A program made the position numbers and the translations under genes. A stretch of 64,000 nucleotides of DNA from NCBI GenBank assembly GCA_020137815.1, contig CM035354.1, positions 1,178,001 to 1,242,000 of the forward strand, given 5' to 3'. Under the pieces are notes generated by a model. It saw only the letters and a list, made by a program, of their open reading frames with translations, did not search any database and had not been told where the DNA came from. Source of the stretch: Hormiphora californensis (lineage: Eukaryota; Animalia; Ctenophora). Below are positions 50,671 to 64,000 of this stretch, piece after piece (the stretch's first letter is position 1; every line of letters starts with the position of its first letter).

Positions 50671-51722
50671 TCACTCTTCTGTTAAATTTAAATTTAACTC
50701 TGGTATCTCATTTCCAATTGAGTAGACGTCCTCCAGACCATCTCGCTGTCTGAGCCTCTTACAATTGCAACATTTCCGGGATCCGAGACATCGTGATGGC
50801 ATCCACCGCTTCACAACCCCCCTTTCCTGAAAAGAAATGTTGAGTAAGGGGTAACTAGGGGTAACTAGGGGCATCCACCGCTTCACAACGCTTTCATGCA
50901 AAGAATGTTGAGTACGTAAGGGGTGAGACAAGGCGACAAGCAAAGAAATGAGATGTTAGGAACGCCATGAGTCAAAGATATGCTACAAACTTAGCGGGAA
51001 TTGCGTTGAGACAGTTGAAATACAAACAAGAGATAGTTGAAATACAAACAAGAGAAAAAGCAATTTCATGGCAGATTGAGAAGAGACCCCAATTTGATTC
51101 TCAGATGGGGTCGGCGGCGCCAGACAGGAGAAGAGTGACTGTGAGTTGATAGAGCTGAGTCTAGTCTAGCAATCTTATAAATATATTTATACCCACTGGC
51201 CCACTGCTAGTTCAATGTAGCATTTGATGTGTGTGTAGTACTGTAGTTGTACAGATTTTCAAATTGTTTTCAAAGATACCTGAGAAAGTTGCGTGTCATC
51301 TTGTCCTCCTACATTCCCATTTTCCTGTCCCCACAGCTCATCCAAATCTGGGAAATAAAGGGTGGGTTAGGGGAACTGATCCTAAACCAGCCAACATATA
51401 TGGTAACGAGAGCGGTGGGCTACCTGACGTGCACCCATTCCAAATCTGGGACAATGTCCCAGGGAAATAGTTGGGCGACATTATACACGTGGAGGAACTG
51501 TCAGAGCATTGGCCTGACACTGGAGGAATTATATAGCTCGTTCTATCTGGCGGTTTTAGACCCAATTTTGATTCTCAAAAGTGTGCACAGACAGTTTGAA
51601 TCGTAGTGGGGAAATAAAAAAACCAAGATTAAACGAGGTAGTCTCGGGACCTAACCTGGATTATAACCGGACCTCCTGGGCACATAGGAGCAGAGACCGA
51701 GAGAAAGTAACACACCCAGCAT
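50671..51722 (-). CDS. About 92-aa secreted prohormone-like precursor, 3 exons
   Basis: Exons 51668-51722, 51280-51347, 50671-50826 join in frame; hydrophobic N-terminus; RR and KR sites. Confidence 0.5.
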
Positions 51723-52954
51723 CCCTAGTTGTAACCTGATATGATGTAACCATGGTAACGGGTGAATTAATGGGCGCAATGAATCTGAATTAGTAATCCT
51801 TCAAGGATACAAACTGATACAGCTTGAGGCATCATAAGACATGACTAATAGTCATGTCTCATTATGTCTCATATATTATATTGAAACAAAGCTTCTATCG
51901 AATTTCTACGAATGGCTGAATATTTCACTTTCAGATATTCGCAGAAATAGTGAAATTATCATGTTCTACTTACATTTCAGGGGCTAGATGAGAAAGGAAG
52001 AAGTGGAGGGAAGAGTACCCCTTTTATAGAGTCGATAGCAATCCCCCATATGCCACCTCTAACTACCTCGACTAGCCCTCCTTCCTTTCTGTCACTCTAA
52101 TATTAGATCAAATCGTTGATCAATTGATCAGATATAGTTATTGGGCGGGTTCTTACTTTGTCTACATCGAACGTTCTGATCGGGGTTTCATGTGTCATGG
52201 AGTTTAGACTGTCAAGTGCTATCTGCACATTGCATACTAAAATACTGTATGACGTAAGAATAAAAATATAATCCATGCCTGCCTTTTAGTATCGGATAGG
52301 TTTTAGACGGCCACGTCCCCACAATTTGGTCTGTAGATTCAACTGCGGGGAAATCATTATGATAGCCTGAGACAGGCAAATGAGGGTTAAATAGGCCCGA
52401 TCACTGATTACTAAATATGACCACTACGCAAGATCAAGAGTGCTCGACGAGATGAGTATTTGTCCACAATTTGACACAATTGTAATGCACCTTGTTGAGT
52501 GGGACCTCTTACTCAACAACCCCCACCAACTGATCACCAACTGCATGAATTGGGTGATATCTATAGTGTGTATATTATATGGAACGATATCTAGTATGAA
52601 GAAAGATATGCTCCATATTATTGCACGAGAAGAACGGGTTTTGTGGCAATGGTGATAGTGAGAGAGAAAGAGAGATAGTGATATTGAATGAATTTAGAGT
52701 TTTTTTTTTCAGCAACGAATTCACGAAAATCAGAATATTTTGGTTTTAAAGAATTACATATTCAGGGGATATAGCTAGTACACGACACGACGACAGTGCT
52801 CTCTCAATAAAACAATACATATCGTGGGGGAGGGAGGAAGAGGGTGCTATATAGTGTCTCTCAAAGCTGTCCTACAGCTCTTGTTGAGTACTCAACGATT
52901 CATATCTCGCGGTGTGATGGTGGTATCCGAGATATCTATCATATCATCCACTTT

Positions 52955-53782
52955 TTAACGCCAGATGGCTCCTGAGAGAAGGGAGTGTGTTATAAATGGT
53001 AGTGGTGTTTAGACCTAGGATTGGGAGCGGCAACTCAACAAAGCAATGTCTGACCAGAGATCGTGATCAACAGATGGTCTAAAAGTGGATAGACATTGAT
53101 TGAATTGACAGTTGACATACTAGAGGTCGAAACATGGACAAACAGACAAACCAAAAGAGAGAAACCAAACCAAACAGACTGACAGAGTCAAACCGAGAGA
53201 TTCAAACCGAGAGAGACAAACAGACATACCAAACCAAAACAGACAGACAGCTGATCAACACAGAAACACAGCTGATATCAACTTACCCTCCTCGCTGTTG
53301 TGCTCTGCGACAATCTCTGACTCAGCGGCGATGGCGGCAGCTTCTTCGAAGGCGGCGTTAGCAGCGGTATCCTGGTCCATGGCTTCACTTTCAATGGCGT
53401 ACCCGGTGGTTCCGGCAATCCTGTGGGAAGAGTGATTCAGAGAGACTGGGCATAGTATAGCATTGAGAATTAGGGACCGTGGGCTCGGGGGATTTGAGTG
53501 TTGAAAATAGGTAGATGTTAGGTTGGCTGGTTGGAACAGTGGCAATATATATTGCAATATAGGGGATGCCAACCAGCTGGGAAATCTATGATATCAACAA
53601 CTAGTTCTGTATAAAATTTAAAAATCTAGTACAGCCTATAAAGCTAGATATTGTACTGCAGCAGTACAGTATCTAGTTTTATTGAGTACTGCTGTACTGC
53701 TGTAGGATAACCGATAACATGCAACCGATAACCGATAACAGTATACTCACAAGAGAACGGAGAATAAGATGATGGAGAACAT
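52955..53782 (-). CDS. 60-aa secreted neuropeptide-precursor-like protein, 3 exons
   Basis: Exons 53751-53782, 53287-53420, 52955-52971 with GTGAGT/GTAAGT donors and CAG acceptors; signal peptide + acidic spacer + GAIWR*. Confidence 0.75.
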
Positions 53783-53906
53783 GGTGTGGGTCTGGAGAGG
53801 GTTGCTGCGAGCTGCTAAAGTACGGTGTGTGATAGAGAAGTTGTAACTGGTTGTGTTTTGAGTGGGGCTATCGGGGGGCTTATATACCCCCTGGAGTAAG
53901 TGGGGG

Positions 53907-54063
<157 letters not shown>

Positions 54064-54541
54064 AAGAGCTGCTCACGACATGGCACGTGCTTAATCAGAA
54101 CTTTGAGAGGTAACTATCATGTGACACTCACACTAAACCACGTGATCTATTGCACAGGTGTGGTGAGAGGCACTAACTGGGCGGCCCACTGTATAGCTAT
54201 AGAGCCCTACTAAATCGGCCCCGCTATCAACAGGGCGCCCTATTTACCACCAGCAACTCCATGGCGATTACGGAACTAATGGCATGCCGTTTACAAAACT
54301 ACAGCGGATTTAGCAAATATGTTTTTCCGAATTAAGCCCCCGAGTTAGGGAGATTTGATATTTGAGGTTCAACCGCGAACACTACAGGATCGAGAAATAG
54401 TAGGAGTGGACTGTCATGGTTTACATGGGTTTAGTGAGATCTCGGGGTGGAGAATGAGGGCTGAGTAATTCTCCGTTTTGATCAGCTGATTGGTGCACTG
54501 AAACAAAGGTGAAGTGACGCATAGGAAAATCAGAAAGAGGG

Positions 54542-54622
<81 letters not shown>

Positions 54623-56128
54623 AGTTGGTAGATGACAGGATAGAGAATAGAACGGGGCGAAAAGAGATGAAAGAAAGCATGGTGGTCAACATGGAAAAAA
54701 CTTTCCAATATTGTGGATTAGAAAGAGGGATCAGAAAATCATTACAAAATGATCCCCATACGTAGAAGTTGTACTTTTATACTGGACTGAGGACTCTCCG
54801 GCTCTACAGACTTTCTCAGAAATATAATGCCTTATAAGTCTTATGTTTTGGAGTTATTTTGGTCCAATCGATATGCAAGAACTTCGAAAGCTTCCGTAAT
54901 TAATCATCAAATGAAATGTAGCGTAGGTGATATATGCACTGCCGAACTAGGAGTAGGCCCAAATGAACGATGAAACGTTGTTATCAGATATGGGGTGGTG
55001 TGAGTGATTTGATTGTGATCACACCATTCAATAGCCTACAAGGGTATAATACTGATTGAGTTCACGACTGGTTTCATAATGAGAAAGGCAACATGATTTC
55101 ACAAATGAAAACTCATTTACAGCTTGGAGAGCTGCTTGGTACCATTGTTACCTGTGTTCACAAATGGTTGCAACCAAGATCTCCCTCACTATAGGTGCCC
55201 TGCATATCACAAAATTCGCAGCCCCACCACTTGTCGTTCTCAACAAGATGAATTAATGGTTCAGCAGTAAATTTGCTCAAACTACCCAATACCCATCTAG
55301 ATTAAAAACATCATCTTTGCATCAATTGCATGTACACCTCGAATTCCCAATGCGTTCAGATCGTGTCTGCATCACCAGCAGATTATATCTGATTTTGGAT
55401 GATCGTTCCAAATTCATCGTCCAAAGATGCAATGTGGAAAGTCATACATTTTGGGCTGTTGATTGGGTTTCAGATAATAATTCTGGGAATACTACCAATT
55501 AACCTGATGTTTAACTGAATTCTTGGTGCGAATTTTGGCATGAAAATTGGTCACCTTTTGCTTCGCCTGGATCATGATATGTAGTTTTCTCAGTTTCTCT
55601 CTTACGGTTTAGCATGAGGTGCAACAATCAATCAAAACGTTGACCCCATGACCTCCTTTAATGAAAATTGGCTCTCTCTTTTCTATTCCAATCTCTCTCT
55701 CTCCCACCCTTTATATCTTTCTCCTTCTCTCACTCTCTCTTAAGTTAAGTAACTCTCTCTCTCTCTCTCTTTCTCTCCCCTGTATTTGTCTGCCTCTTTT
55801 TCTCTCTCTGTCCCTCTCTCTCTATCTCTCTCGATAGGTGACTTGATGAATATTGGTAGCCTCCTCTCTCTCATTAATCCCTGCGTGCATCACTGCTGCA
55901 GTTTATACAATGGACCGTCAGGCAACAAGGGGTGAAGGGGCGCTACAAAAAGTGTTATTATCTGGGGCAGGGGGTTTTAGTAAACACTGAGTCATACAGA
56001 CTTGCTCGTTTATCATTTCTTGCCGTCTTTCGGGAAAGAAAAGGTTAAGCCGGAAGTATGTGATTTTTGGGCGTGAATACCGGAATAATATTCCAGCTGG
56101 AAAAATAATATCATATTGTAGTCTCAAA

Positions 56129-56961
56129 GGGGGGGGGGGCCGGCTGAAGTTTTTGAAGTTTTTGAAGTCAACTTCAAAAACTTCAAAGAGAAACTTAGGG
56201 TGGAAAACTTCAAAAACTTCAAAAACTTCAAAAACTCATATCTCCTTAACCGTTGGAGATAGGCCCTATGTTGCTTCATAACTCTTATATAAACTTGCAT
56301 ATTCCGAACAAGATACACCCCTTTGAAAAGCCTATAGTCACTCATAAACCATTAAAACTGGTCTAGCCCAAAAAAAGTCATGCACACACACAAAATTATA
56401 AAAATATCCCATTATCCCTCGAATTAGATGAGGTGGAGACTTAATTTTGGCACGTACCCCCACTAACTCGAGGCCGCTGATGATTTTGGTGTCCATATTT
56501 TTTTCACTACTCCCTTCATAAAAAATTTGCATTTTGTGAAACTGGCAAAAAGGGTGTGGCACCAAAAAAAATTTAGAAAATTTACTTAATAATTTTTAAA
56601 CACTTTCTTTGCATTTTCTAGGCAAATTTTTGAGTTATAGAATGAAAATGAAATCTGTTTTTACAAAAATTTAAAATTTTTTACACCAAATTGTGCCATG
56701 GATTTCATGGCTAGGAATCATTGTAAATATCCTAATTTGTGGTAGAAAAAGGGCAGACAAGGACGGATAACTTTGCCACAATATGTATTAAGCATGAAAC
56801 TAACCTAAACTAGTGTAATAATAGTCACTCATAGCATATAAAAGTAGTTAGGAGTTTTTGAAGTTTTTGAAGTTTTTGAAGTCAACTTCAAAAACTTCAA
56901 AAACTCAAAAAGTAGGGTGGAAAACTTCAAACTTCAAAAACTTCAGCCGGCCCCCCCCCCC
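56129..56961. mobile_element. Poly-G-capped TIR element, family 5 (TTTTTGAAG arrays)
   Basis: G11 ccggctgaag / cttcagccgg C11; TSD GTCTCAAA. Confidence 0.9.
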
Positions 56962-58393
56962 GTCTCAAATCCCAATCTTGTTGTTGGTATAATGAGTGCA
57001 CCAGCTGCTGTCAATCCCGATACTGTGAGAGAAGGCTAGAGAGTAGCAATCAACGCCTGAAAATATCACCACCTATCTCTTTCTCTCTCACTCCTTCGCT
57101 CCCTCTCTCTCACACTCACACACACTCTCTCTTGCCTGATTTCACAAGGTGCGAGATCATTTGCATTTCATCAACCGTGCGTGTGATCTCTGATTTCAGA
57201 ATATGGGGTCTGATAAAGGGAGAGTGGAGACTCTGTAGATAGAGAGAGAGAGCCAGGGATTAAAGGAGTGATGATAGAACGGTTCCTATTATCTACACCA
57301 TCACATGATCTTCTTGGTAAAGTCACGTGATTCGGTTGAAAATAATTCGGGTGACCTGCAATCTGTAGTTCAATTGTAGCCGCAGTATGAACACAGAAAA
57401 GGATTGAGAAAATAGGATGGAATGCGAACATCTGGTGGTCTGCGGGGGATAGGAATTATTGTACCCATTTACTGAAAATACTGCACGCGTCCATTCTCTA
57501 ATGATGGAAAGGGGGATGAAAGAAAGGGTCCTTTGAAAATGTGTCAAGTACCAGTTTAGCATTTTGTCAGCTGTAAGTGTCAATTGGAAATTAAGATATC
57601 TGATAGGTATTTCTCAACTTGAATGTGTCAAAATTCAAGCCATCAGCTATAGCACCAAATTTATATTGTCTCAAATCTATTCCAGCATGTGCTACACCCA
57701 CAAGAAATGAATAGCACTGCTCATTTTATTATCACAGCTCACAACGGATAATTGAGAAATAATTCCACAATATCACAGATACAACTAACGGCTCCACCAC
57801 TACTGCAGGCAGGGAGAGCAGTGCACTGCAGTGATGACTCAACATGACCAGTAACCATGACAGTTATTGGTAGAATCACCATATCTGTTGGCAACAGTTG
57901 CCACCGGGTCAAGTCACAGGTCACATGTCATAAGTCACAGGTCATAAGTCGACCAGCCGATATATACAGATTACCGTTACATGGTCAAATGGGTTATTTT
58001 CAATGCTAATGAATCACCACGGTGCACACAAGGAAGAACAGGGGTCAACTCATGGAGGGGAATAGCAGATTCGGTGGGGTTGTCCAAATCCGGGGAGATT
58101 TCAGTTTCACCGGATTTGGACATGACTTTCCGCAAATTTTCCCACGGTCTTGGTTACGCGCATATCAAATGCTGAAAAAGTACACTTTCATTTTAGCAGA
58201 AACTGCGCGCGTCACGCAAAGTGTCACCGCGGGATTCAGGAGCTTTGTGTCACAGACAAAAACAAGGTCAAATGGTTACAGAGCGGCAAATAAATTAGAG
58301 TGCACTGAAGAGCATTTATCAAAACATAAATAAAAATATCGCCTCTTCCCCTCGATGTAAAAAGATTGGTTAAAAGATCGTGTCCCGAAAAGT

Positions 58394-61300
58394 TCAAAAT
58401 CCTGGAAATGATTCTTTTTCAGGTGTCTTCTGGATGGTAGCTAGTTTCGTGGGTGTTTGGTCTTTCTTCTCCTTCACAGTTCCCACACCAGTTACATTGT
58501 CAACAGTGTCAGTTTCATCAATATAACGAATCGTGATGCTACCATATTGTGCAGATTCAACCTGTGAAAGAGAGCTTTAGTTTGTTTTGTGTAATAATAT
58601 CAGAGGGAGGCAAAGCAATATTAGGTCATCAAAGATATATCAACCGTCCTCATACCCCTCTCTCGACTACATCGACCCAAGAAACCTTCATCTCTTTCTA
58701 GGAACCCCAAGATTCAGACAGTAGTAGTAGTCTGTATTTTGTGATCCTAACAGTGACTGACCCAGTCAACTTTTTCAGTTAAACCCACCTGATCGTCAGT
58801 TTCCATTTTCTCCCTCACACTAGTGAGATCCTCTGCCAATAATTTATCCATCTTCTCCTGTAGGCTGATAGAGCTGATTGCAGAGGGTCTACTAGCATCT
58901 TCTGGTGCAACTTTTCTGCTGGCTGCATCCGCCTCTAGACAAGATGTGATCTGGGCTGATATTTCCTGCAGGGTATAGAGGTGTTACTTTTGAGTTTTGC
59001 GAGGGGAGGGGGTATGGGGTTAAACAGTGTATTTTCTCTCTGTAAATGTGGGTTCCTGCTTTTTTGTGGATAAGGAAATATTGTTCTACTAGACCCAAAA
59101 CACGCGAGGGAGAAGCCAGGTAGGGTCAATGGGTATGGTGCTCACACTGTGAAACACTGGCGTCCCAATCCGGGGGTCCCTTACCTGTGTCTTGAGAGAA
59201 GAGATCTCACAGCATTTTGAAACAAGGGCAGGTGTGAGGGTCACTCCTCCTCCCATGTATATGTAGCAAATCTCATGATGTGTGTTAGTTGCTATGGAGA
59301 CAAACCCATCCATCACACCCTCCTGAGATAATTAGTCAATTAATAACTAATTAATAACTAATTAATAACTACCGTGTGGGGCAATAAAAATGCCCCCCCC
59401 CCCCAAAACTACCATAGTTCCAGATATCGTGGAGTTCTAAACTTTGGTACAGTAACTCTATGAGACAAATAAATAACTTGACCAAAATTTCAGACCTCTA
59501 GCTCAAAATTCATTTTTCTGATCGGAATGAACATTGTCATTCATTCCAGAAAAAATATTTTCCGGTCCAAAATTTAACCAATTATGTTTTACTATTGATT
59601 AGCTTTCCAATGTGACCAAGATCAGTTAAATTGGACAACCACAAGAGACACAGTGTCAAGTTTCTTAAAGTTAGTCAGGTCATGTGATCTTCACCGAATC
59701 GTTGAGTGTTCAGTATTACGAATCGGTCTAAATGGTAGAGAATCACGTATCACGGCTGCTAATGAGGGATGACGATGCTGATTGGTCATGAGATCTGTAG
59801 CTCTTTGATAAATGTAATTTTTCCTCGAATCACATCACCCTGTATTGGTACACATACCCCATTAGCGGCCGTGATACGAGATTCCTCTTCCCCTTGGTCT
59901 GATTAGCAATACCGAATCTCTCCATGATTCGGCGAGGATCACATGATCTGACTAACTTTAAGAAACATGACACGGTATCTCTTGTGGTGGTCCAATTTAA
60001 CTGATCTCGGTCACATTGGAAAGCTAATCGATAGCCAAACATAATTGTTTAAATTTTGGACCAGAAAATATTTTTTTCCTGAAATGAATGACAATGTTCA
60101 TTCCGATCAAAAAATGAATTTTGAGCTAGAGGTCTGAAATTTTGGTCAAGTTATTTATTTATCTCATAGAGTTACTGTACCAAATTTTAAAGCTCCACGA
60201 AATCTGGAACTATGGTAGACTTGGGGGGGCATTTTTATTGCCCCACACGGTATATAATAACTAATTAATGACTAATCAATAATTAATTAATAACTAATTA
60301 ATAACTAACTAATAACTAATTAATCAAGTATTTACAGCAGCAGTTAACTAAATAATTAGTTAATTAATTACCTCATCGTCACTAGGGTCAACTAGAATCT
60401 TCTCCCCTGCAAATCCTATCGTACACATGATTGGCACATGCAATACAGACAGGGGTATGGGATCTCTTTCCTTTTCTGTGAATACCGTCACCTAGAAAAG
60501 AAGGGGGATTGAGATTAAGTTGAATTATCCCACCGACAATCCCTGTGCGTAAAAGCGTGACATGGTCATCTATCAAATTCAAATAGCAGTTACCGTGGTG
60601 CAGCACCACTGGTGCTCCATTATAGCGGACAGTGCAATTGATGCTAACCGATCATGGGACCATGTAATGGTTATGTTTCACACAGTGGTGCTCCGTCATA
60701 AACCGAGTTGTATGTAACGCTTTATGCGGGCGGCCACTATGACGGAGCCCCACTGTCACTTAGTACTTACCTCTTCCCCGTTAACAACAAAATCAGGACG
60801 TCTGAAGTGAGAGAGGGCAGACATTGCTGCAATACAGCACGCATCAATTATATTTCCAGCAAAGTCCAACAGGTTCAGGTCCACTCTCAAATTGATAACC
60901 TAGTGGGGAAACTATGATTAATAGGATTGACGAGGTCCTAATTTGGTCCCCTAGGGTGCCTTTTGTGTTCTAGAGACGAGAACGCTAGCAAAGAAGTATG
61001 GAAAATAGTGCAATGTAGCGGATCATACCTTCTCTCCGGACACAATACACAGTGACTCTGTATCTATCACCCTCGTCTCTTTGATCGTTCGTTCTAACAG
61101 CCTAGTTACCACTGTACTGCAAAGTTATTGGTTTAAATAATCACTCGTCAAAACAGTTATTGGTTATAGTTTTGTTTTGGTAGTTTTCAGTTCTTATTAG
61201 GAGGAGGAGAGGGGGTACTCACCTAAAATCGGTCCTATTGCCGGAAAATTTAGCTGATGACATGGGTGAGAAATTGACGAAAAAGAAGAGGGAACCCTCC

Positions 61301-61760
61301 ATGGGCCTTGAAACGGGTGGTTTCTCAACTTGGGCTGAAACTCGGGCCATCACCCGGGTGTTGCCTAACACTACCTGCGGGATATAATTCACTTGTTCGT
61401 GGTACGTTACACAAAACTACCTGGGGTATAATTCACTGGATACCTTGCAAAACAACACTAAACACCTATAACCTTTGCGCTTGCCAGCGCAGTGATGGCC
61501 GGTCAACTATGTACACTGTACATTGTACACAGGGAACAAGTTTCACGGTCTTTTATAAGGAAGTGTTATGACAGTGGAGACTGTAACAGTACAGCTGCTT
61601 CAGTTGAAACATCTCATACCTCAGCATGTCCCCATTTGGACCCAAATTCTATCTGAATATTCCTATAGTCATAAGTCTCCCTTGCATCTGGCCGTAGTCC
61701 CTGTTTTAGGACCTCCTCCAGGAAAGTCTTAGTGTTGATTGATAGCGGTACTTCCCTCAT
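58394..61760 (-). CDS. EXOSC9: Exosome component RRP45, multi-exon
   Basis: MREVPLSINTKTFL...RETYDYRNIQIEFG; LGNTRVMA; ERDPIPLSVLHVPI; LVDPSDDEEGVMDG. Confidence 0.92.
59372..60250. mobile_element. TA-flanked long-palindrome element in an EXOSC9 intron
   Basis: CCGTGTGGGGCAATAAAAATG termini; arms ~400 bp; inserted in a (TAACTAAT)-type microsatellite. Confidence 0.9.
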
Positions 61761-61933
61761 TTCATTGCTCTCTACAATTAGGAGCAGAGGTTAGTTGGGG
61801 GTAAAATACATAAGGATTTGAGTCAAGGGCGCCACTACAAAAGAACAAATTGTGTCAAGTATTGTAAAATGTCAGTAAGTCGATACAATACCAAGACAAG
61901 ACAACTATAATAAAACACACTTCCTTTTCTCTC

Positions 61934-63908
<1,975 letters not shown>

Positions 63909-64000
63909 CTGGGAGTTGGGGTTGGGGGAGTTGTGGGGGGGGGGGGGGGTGGAGACAGTTGTGGGGAGTTGTGGGGAGTTGGATAGAGTTGTGGTAATGC

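Noticed and set aside
54400-58330. Protein-coding gene between the peptide gene and EXOSC9
   Set aside because: Could not assemble consistent exons or recognise any domain
60371-60491. Cys-rich frame with in-frame TGA suggesting a selenoprotein or zinc finger
   Set aside because: The other frame is an open, conserved EXOSC9 exon

Overview
Gene-dense eukaryotic (animal) genomic DNA with short GT-AG introns, microsatellites and many non-autonomous DNA transposons. It is probably a cydippid ctenophore (Pleurobrachia/Hormiphora-like); this is inferred from a repeat I recall as typical of Pleurobrachia gene models and from the ctenophore-style GPCRs, and was not checked by search. Recognisable genes: papain/cathepsin-L-like protease (partial), EAG-family KCNH K+ channel, F-box/LRR gene plus partial tandem copy, LCMT1, SWSAP1-like ATPase, two intronless rhodopsin-type GPCRs, AASDHPPT, an SNM1/Apollo-like MBL/beta-CASP gene, an F-BAR gene, EXOSC9 (RRP45) and CDK11 (partial). 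There are also several orphan genes and a CRE-type non-LTR endonuclease fragment. The best leads are four. (1) Five sequence-unrelated elements share one design: poly-G/poly-C ends, 8-bp TSD (clear in 4 of 5) and family-specific short (about 7-11 bp) subterminal arrays. (2) The Apollo homologue has lost its metal-binding residues, has a duplicated first exon and hosts an antisense GPCR in intron 1. (3) A cluster of small secreted-peptide genes, mostly missed by the ORF track, includes two neuropeptide/prohormone-like precursors and a pacifastin-like inhibitor. (4) A 180-bp element is built of abutting hairpins. All exon models were assembled by eye.
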